Virus record (IMG/VR): IMGVR_UViG_2859810971_000008
Location: 1 to 35,162 of that record
DNA: 35,162 nt
Direction: 5' to 3' (one strand)
Source: a virus
Taxonomy: Duplodnaviria > Heunggongvirae > Uroviricota > Caudoviricetes
Part shown: piece by piece, positions 30,835-35,162 of the stretch
Position numbering within the stretch: position 1 is the first letter of the stretch
How the letters are laid out: every line of letters begins with the position of its first letter
Position numbers and translations under genes: made by a program
Notes under the pieces: model-generated
The model's database searches: none
Seen by the model: only the letters and a program-made list of their open reading frames with translations
What the model was told of the DNA's origin: nothing

Positions 30835-31294
30835 GTTTCACTCCTGCTTTGGCTAGTCTGTAAACACCAACAAGGCGCTCTGCGAACGCCCTGTTATTTG
30901 CTGCGGCTACCACTAATCCCTCAGGTGAATCAGGGTGTCGAATCTCTTCTTTTTCCTGGTATTTCTTACGACGTTTTGGCATAATTACTCCTGTGGATTG
31001 ATCCAGTCTTTCTACATCAGGCCTCGAAGAATTCGCCGTTCTTCGGGCTTTTTCTTTTGTCAGCATTCTGGCTACTTGCTTAGCCAGTTCCGCCAACTCC
31101 TCGTCTTCAACACCCCATTCAAGAACAGCCAGAAGCATTCCCATTTTTGGGATGAAGCTGTCTTTCCATCGCGAAATTTGCGATTCATTAATCCCTAACG
31201 CGTCGGCAACCTTTCGCTGACCACGTACAGCAATTCGATTCAGGATGTTGCTTGTAATTGCATTCGCTTTCTTGCGAGTACTTGTAAGTTGCAT
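30821..31294 (-). CDS. cII: CII-like transcriptional activator
   Basis: Contains ...GINESQISRWKDSFIPKMGMLLAVLEWGV..., resembling lambda CII (…SQISRWKRDWIPKFSMLLAVLEWGV…). Start chosen at the ATG at 31292-31294 (MQLTS) behind AAGGAAA. Confidence 0.65.
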   Translation of the reverse strand: MQLTSTRKKANAITSNILNRIAVRGQRKVADALGINESQISRWKDSFIPKMGMLLAVLEWGVEDEELAELAKQVARMLTKEKARRTANSSRPDVERLDQSTGVIMPKRRKKYQEKEEIRHPDSPEGLVVAAANNRAFAERLVGVYRLAKAGVKHGRR

Positions 31295-31363
31295 ATGTAA
31301 GTATTTCCTTAGATAACAATTGATTGAATGTATGCAAATAAATGCATACACCATAGGTGTGGC

Positions 31364-31395
31364 TTAATTTGATGCCCTTTTTCAGGGCTGGGATG
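31364..31395 (-). promoter_or_regulatory. nutR (boxA + boxB) N-utilisation site
   Basis: Minus strand CGCTCTTACA (boxA) followed by GCCCTGAAAAAGGGC (boxB hairpin) between cro and cII, as in lambda nutR. Confidence 0.7.
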
Positions 31396-31413
31396 TGTAA
31401 GAGCGGGAATGTC

Positions 31414-31629
31414 TTAAGCGGCTTTGTGTTCCGGCGGGAACACGTCATCAAGACTGACTTTTGCGCCTAACTTGTTTAGGCACTCAACAAGAGCACGGCA
31501 TGTTTTAAGGTCTGGGAAGCGACGACCAGATTCCCAATGTCCGATAGCTCCCTGTGTGCATCCAACTGCCTTAGCAAGTGTTGTTTGAGAGATATTCAGT
31601 GACTCTCGATATTTTCGTAGTTTGCTCAT
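31414..31629 (-). CDS. cro: Cro-like HTH repressor (XRE family)
   Basis: 71 aa from the ATG at 31627-31629 (MSKLRKYRESLNISQTTLAKAVGCTQGAIGHWESG...) preceded by GGAGGG; divergent from cI. Confidence 0.6.
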   Translation of the reverse strand: MSKLRKYRESLNISQTTLAKAVGCTQGAIGHWESGRRFPDLKTCRALVECLNKLGAKVSLDDVFPPEHKAA

Positions 31630-31649
31630 ATGCCCTCCATAGTAACCAT

Positions 31650-31732
31650 GAAACAATAATACGATATGTACTTTTAGAATGCAAACAAAAAAATACATCT
31701 TGTGCATGGATGGTTTTAGTACAGAGCGTAAT
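31650..31732. promoter_or_regulatory. Right operator region: pR (-35 TTGCAT at 31679-31684, -10 TATTAT at 31656-31661, minus strand) with two operator-like dyads
   Basis: Dyads AATACGATATGTACT (31658-31672) and AGTACAGAGCGTAAT (31718-31732) share half-sites with the pL dyad; 17-nt spacer between the -35 and -10. Confidence 0.5.
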
Positions 31733-31741
31733 AATAAGGGT

Positions 31742-32401
31742 ATGAAAATGAAATGGTATGAACTGGCTAGATCCAGAATGAAAGAGCTCGGCATAACTCA
31801 AGAGAAGTTAGCTGAAGAGCTTGGTATGACGCAGGGTGGAATTGGTCACTGGTTGCGCGGATCTCGTCATCCATCTCTTGACGAGATTGGTGTGGTGTTT
31901 AAATACCTTGGTATTGATAACGTCTCATTCAACCACGACGGTACATTTTCACCTGTTGGCGAATACTCATCTGCCCCCGTTAAAAAACAATATGAGTACC
32001 CTGTTTTTTCTCATGTTCAGGCCGGGATGTTCTCGCCTGAGCTTAGAACCTTTACCAAAGGTGATGCGGAGAGATGGGTCAGCACAACCAAAAAAGCCAG
32101 TGATTGTGCGTTCTGGCTTGAAGTTGAAGGTAATTCCATGACCGCGCCAACAGGATCCAAGCCAAGCTTTCCTGACGGGATGTTAATTCTCGTTGACCCT
32201 GAGCAGGCTGTTGAGCTAGGTGATTTCTGCATAGCCAGACTTGGTGGTGACGAGTTTACCTTCAAGAAACTGATCAGGGATAGCGGTCAGGTGTTCCTAC
32301 AGCCACTAAACCCGCAATATCCAATGATTCCATGCAATGATAGCTGTTCCGTAGTAGGGAAAGTTATCGCCAGCCAGTGGCCTGAAGAGACATTTAGTTA
32401 A
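31742..32401 (+). CDS. cI: CI repressor (LexA-like S24 peptidase C-terminal domain); hybrid with a lambda-like C-terminus
   Basis: C-terminal ~100 aa (…[93 protein letters not shown]) match the lambda CI C-terminal domain from memory; the N-terminal HTH domain differs. Start at MKMKWYEL, since the track's upstream ATG lies in pR. Confidence 0.9.
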   Translation: MKMKWYELARSRMKELGITQEKLAEELGMTQGGIGHWLRGSRHPSLDEIGVVFKYLGIDNVSFNHDGTFSPVGEYSSAPVKKQYEYPVFSHVQAGMFSPELRTFTKGDAERWVSTTKKASDCAFWLEVEGNSMTAPTGSKPSFPDGMLILVDPEQAVELGDFCIARLGGDEFTFKKLIRDSGQVFLQPLNPQYPMIPCNDSCSVVGKVIASQWPEETFS

Positions 32402-32433
32402 CAGCCTCACAACTCTAAAACACACAACAATAA

Positions 32434-32461
32434 CCCGACCTTAGCGTCGGGTTTTCTTTTT
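32434..32461 (+). terminator. Rho-independent terminator after cI
   Basis: CCCGAC-CTTAGC-GTCGGG hairpin followed by TTTTCTTTTT; no rex genes between cI and pL. Confidence 0.7.
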
Positions 32462-32526
32462 CCAAAATATAAACCCATTAAATACAAAGCGTTATAAAAA
32501 ACTAATTATATTTAGAACATTTTGTA

Positions 32527-32562
32527 TTGACTCGATAAAGTACAAATCGTACTATTTAGCCA
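32527..32562 (+). promoter_or_regulatory. pL promoter with overlapping operator dyad
   Basis: -35 TTGACT (32527-32532), 17-nt spacer, -10 TACTAT (32550-32555); the transcript would begin near ATCAGCAGG as in lambda pL; dyad AGTACAAATCGTACT at 32539-32553 overlaps the -10. Confidence 0.6.
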
Positions 32563-32593
32563 TCAGCAGGACGTGCTAACCACCATGAAGGTG

Positions 32594-32625
32594 ACGCTCT
32601 TAAAAATTAAGCCCTGAAGAAGGGC
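32594..32625 (+). promoter_or_regulatory. nutL (boxA CGCTCTTAA + boxB GCCCTGAAGAAGGGC)
   Basis: Exact lambda-like boxA at 32594-32602 and boxB hairpin at 32611-32625, downstream of pL and upstream of N. Confidence 0.8.
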
Positions 32626-32783
32626 AGCATTCAAAGCAGAAGGCTTTGGTGTGTGTGATACGAAACGAAGCATTGGCCGGAAGTGCGAATCCGGATTAGC
32701 TGCCAATGTGCCATTGCGAGGTGTTTTCGTTCAGGACTACGACTCCCACACACAACCAAAGCTAACTGACAGGAGAATCCAGA

Positions 32784-32878
32784 TGAATGCACAAACACGC
32801 CGCCGCGAACGTCGCGCAGAGAAACAGGCTCAATGGAAAGCAGCAAATCCCCTGTTGGTTGGGGTAAACGCAAAATGA
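32784..32878 (+). pseudogene. N: Antiterminator N, truncated after codon 31 by the IS600-like insertion
   Basis: MNAQTRRRERRAEKQAQWKAANPLLVGVNAK matches the lambda N arginine-rich boxB-binding N-terminus as recalled; reading frame stops at the TGA of the IS terminal TGAGGTG. Confidence 0.8.
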
Positions 32879-32918
32879 GGTGTACTGGCAATAGCGGACA
32901 CTACCATTTGTTCTTTTT

Positions 32919-33737
32919 TTAAGCAGCCATCTGATGATATTTTTCCCTGAAGGCTGCCGGGGAGATATTCCCCAGACGAGAGTGACGACGCTGACGATTG
33001 TAGAAAATCTCAATGTATTCCCGTATTACTGAGATGGCCTCATCCCGGCTCTTAAAACGATAGTGGCTCAGGCTTTCATTTTTCAGCGTTCCCCAGAAGC
33101 TTTCCATCGGAGCGTTGTCGTAACAGTTACCTTTACGCGACATTGATGTTTTCAGACCAAACTGCTCCTGTATGACCCGGTAATCGTATGCGCAGTACTG
33201 TGAACCTCGATCAGAGTGGTGGATTAGCCCGGCAGGTGGGCGCTGGCTCCTGAGCGCCATAAACAGGGCTTTACCTGTCAGCTCTTTTGTCATGCGCTCT
33301 CCCATGGCGTAGCCGACAATTTCGCACGTATAAACATCTTTGATGCCAGCGAGGTACAACCATCCCTCCTGTGTGGCAACATACGTCAGGTCCGCCACCC
33401 AGACCTGATTTGGTGCTGTAGGAGCGAACGTCTGGTTCAGCAGATTTGGCGCAACTGGCAGATTGTGGTTCGGGTTCGTAGTCGCTCTGAACTTGCGTTT
33501 CTGCTTACAGCGTAGCCTCAGCTCCTTACGAAGACGTGCCAGTCGGTCACGACCAACGATGATGCCATTCTCTGCCAGCTCCGTCTGGAGCCGCCGGGTT
33601 CCATATGTTTCGCGAGTGCGGATATGTGCCACCTTAATCTCCAGTTTTAGCCGCTCATCACTTTGTTTTCTGTCTGAGGGTTCATGCTGTACCCAGTTGT
33701 AATAACCGCTCCTGGATACACCAAATACCTGACACAT
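32919..33737 (-). CDS. IS600-like transposase OrfB
   Basis: 272 aa IS3-family DDE transposase (…HSDRGSQYCAYDYR…YDNAPMESFWGTLK…). Confidence 0.8.
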   Translation of the reverse strand: MCQVFGVSRSGYYNWVQHEPSDRKQSDERLKLEIKVAHIRTRETYGTRRLQTELAENGIIVGRDRLARLRKELRLRCKQKRKFRATTNPNHNLPVAPNLLNQTFAPTAPNQVWVADLTYVATQEGWLYLAGIKDVYTCEIVGYAMGERMTKELTGKALFMALRSQRPPAGLIHHSDRGSQYCAYDYRVIQEQFGLKTSMSRKGNCYDNAPMESFWGTLKNESLSHYRFKSRDEAISVIREYIEIFYNRQRRHSRLGNISPAAFREKYHQMAA

Positions 33738-33772
33738 CGCTTCAATGGGAAATTGTTGTCGCCATTGTTCGA

Positions 33773-34075
33773 TTAACGCGTATTTTTCAGCGACTCCTGT
33801 GCAAAATACGCTGTTGCTTTTTTTAATATATCGCGCTCAAGGCGAGCTTCATTTAACGCCTTACGCAGTTGCAGAATTTCAGATTCCAGTTCAGCCACCG
33901 TGCGGGAACCAGGAGTACCGAGCCCTTTTCTGGCGGCGGTAACCCATTGTCCTAAAGTGCCTTCAGGAAGGGATAATCGGGAAGCGCCTTCACTGATCGA
34001 AAGTTGATTTTCAAGAACCGTTCTGACAGCTTCGGCTTTGAACTCTTTAGAGTAACGTTGGGTTTTTCTGCTCAT
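33773..34075 (-). CDS. IS600-like transposase OrfA
   Basis: 100 aa; MSRKTQRYSKEFKAEAVRTVLENQLSISEGASRLSLPEGTLGQWV... HTH plus leucine zipper typical of IS3 OrfA. Confidence 0.8.
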   Translation of the reverse strand: MSRKTQRYSKEFKAEAVRTVLENQLSISEGASRLSLPEGTLGQWVTAARKGLGTPGSRTVAELESEILQLRKALNEARLERDILKKATAYFAQESLKNTR

Positions 34076-34186
34076 TATTAGCTCCTTCTGATGCCATTCT
34101 ATTTCAGGAAGGAGTGTCCGTTAAACTCAGGCTACCTCAGTGCACCCGCCATCGATATCAGCATGGGTAGACAGAAAGATGAGAGA

Positions 34187-34277
34187 GCCGGCGCAAGCCG
34201 GTTTTTTATTTGAATTCACCGACGCCGCTTAATGCGGATTTCTTTTATCTGAACTCGCTACGGCGAGTTTTGTTTTA
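34187..34277 (+). terminator. Three tandem terminator-like hairpins
   Basis: CCGGC-GCAA-GCCGG + TTTTTTATTT (34188-34210); GCCGC-TTAAT-GCGG + ATTTCTTTTA; CTCGC-TACG-GCGAG + TTTTGTTTTA. Confidence 0.5.
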
Positions 34278-34289
34278 TGGAGATGATAA

Positions 34290-34457
34290 ATGCACTTCCG
34301 AGTAACAGGTGAATGGAATGGAGAACCATTCAACAGAGTTATCGAAGCAGAGGACATCAACGACTGCTATAACCACTGGATGATATGGGCGCAGATAGCG
34401 CATGCAGACGTAACCAATATTCGAATTGAAGAACTGAAAGAACACCAAACCGCCTGA
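34290..34457 (+). CDS. Hypothetical small protein (55 aa), unknown function
   Basis: Below the ORF-track cutoff; ATG at 34290 preceded by GGAGATGA; translation MHFRVTGEWNGEPFNRVIEAEDINDCYNHWMIWAQIAHADVTNIRIEELKEHQTA; stop sits within a terminator hairpin. Confidence 0.4.
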   Translation: MHFRVTGEWNGEPFNRVIEAEDINDCYNHWMIWAQIAHADVTNIRIEELKEHQTA

Positions 34458-34470
34458 TGGCGGTTTTTTA
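34450..34470 (+). terminator. Rho-independent terminator
   Basis: CCGCC-TGAT-GGCGG followed by TTTTTTATT. Confidence 0.6.
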
Positions 34471-34483
34471 TTGGAGACAAGAA

Positions 34484-34827
34484 ATGTCAGATTTGGCTAT
34501 GAAGATTTTGAAATGGCAATCGACTGGCGATGTCGGCATCAGTAGCGCAACTCTTGCCTCAATCGCATGTGGACTGAAAAAGAATATCTATGGTCATCAC
34601 TTCGGCGCTCCCCATGACGAGCAGACTTCCGGCGATGCGTTGCACTTGTTGAGCAGATTCCAGAAATCAGAGATTCATTCGACAAGGTTGCAAAGCGCGT
34701 TCCGGCATTCAAAGGCATCCTCAACGAATGGGATTCTCTCGTTGCTCTGTTGAAGTCTGAAATGAAGATACACGGAAACAAAGCACCAGAGACTTACAGA
34801 AGAATCAGCGAGCTACGCAAGGACTAA
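34484..34827 (+). CDS. Hypothetical protein, apparently frameshifted (about 113 aa if repaired)
   Basis: ATG at 34484 behind GGAGACAA; frame 1 decays into R/S-rich sequence while the +2 frame encodes protein-like sequence (…IRDSFDKVAKRVPAFKGILNEWDSLVALLKSEMKIHGNKAPETYRRISELRKD) to a TAA at 34825-34827. Break lies between about 34617 and 34680. Confidence 0.35.
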
Positions 34828-34892
34828 CCATGAAATAACACCGCCTCACACTCGATGAGTCCTGTTCATTTCTCAAGATATCCAGACCTATC

Positions 34893-34918
34893 ATCGCCGC
34901 ATCAATGCGGTTTTTTAT
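34893..34918 (+). terminator. Rho-independent terminator upstream of torI
   Basis: CGCCGCAT-CAA-TGCGG hairpin followed by TTTTTTATT. Confidence 0.6.
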
Positions 34919-34961
34919 TACCTGATTTGCAGGTTCGATTCCCTATTCGGAGATAGCACTC

Positions 34962-35162
34962 ATGCAACACGAACTACAGCCTGATTCACTGGTTGATTTG
35001 AAATTCATCATGGCCGATACTGGCTTCGGTAAAACCTTCATCTATGCTCGGATTAAGTCCGGAGACCTTCCAAAAGCCAAAGTTATCCACGGGCGAGCAA
35101 GATGGTTATATCGTGACCATTGTGAATTCAAAAATAAGCTCTTAAGCCGCGCCAATGGGTAA
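34962..35162 (+). CDS. torI: Excisionase / recombination directionality factor, TorI (AlpA/Xis-like winged helix)
   Basis: 66 aa; MQHELQPDSLVDLKFIMADTGFGKTFIYARIKSGDLPKAKVIHGRARWLYRDH... recalled as essentially the E. coli K-12 KplE1 TorI sequence, unverified. Stop is the last codon of the window. Confidence 0.75.
   Translation: MQHELQPDSLVDLKFIMADTGFGKTFIYARIKSGDLPKAKVIHGRARWLYRDHCEFKNKLLSRANG

Larger units (their letters stand above)
32876..34139 (-). mobile_element. IS3-family insertion sequence, IS600-like, about 1264 bp
   Basis: Ends TGAGGTGTACTGGCAATAGCGG (32876) and imperfect inverted copy CCGTTAAACTCAGGCTACCTCA (ending 34139); orfA/orfB pair; flanks AAA (left) and GTG (right), so no target-site duplication. 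Confidence 0.8.

Overview
This window reads as a roughly 35 kb degraded lambdoid prophage of the Escherichia/Shigella KplE1 (CPS-53) type. All calls come from reading the ORF translations and the DNA by eye and from recalled family/lambda sequences; no database search or computation was run. The window starts at a P4/IntS-type integrase and ends at a TorI/AlpA-like excisionase. Left to right: (1) an AT-rich conversion island with two AT3 acyltransferase genes flanking a frameshifted tailspike-like remnant; (2) a minus-strand late operon with tail fibre and assembly protein, Mu/P2-like baseplate, two small low-GC moron genes, tape measure, chaperone with a -1 frameshift extension, tube, sheath, neck proteins, capsid, scaffold, Mu-F-like protein, portal and terminase; (3) a lambda-like lysis cassette (S, R, Rz/Rz1) and a KilA-N gene; (4) a late-regulatory region with no Q gene, abutting an IS911-like element that truncates replication gene O, whose iteron origin is intact; (5) an immunity region (cII-like, cro-like, nutR, OR, a hybrid cI, pL, nutL) with N cut to 31 codons by an IS600-like element; (6) terminator-punctuated small genes before torI. 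Several genes are broken: four or five 1-nt frame disruptions at short homopolymers and an in-frame TGA in the small terminase, which may be real decay or sequencing error. The most interesting candidates are the dual-acyltransferase conversion island and the secreted/membrane moron pair inside the baseplate operon; I found no recognisable defence system (no nuclease, ATPase or methyltransferase-like ORFs).
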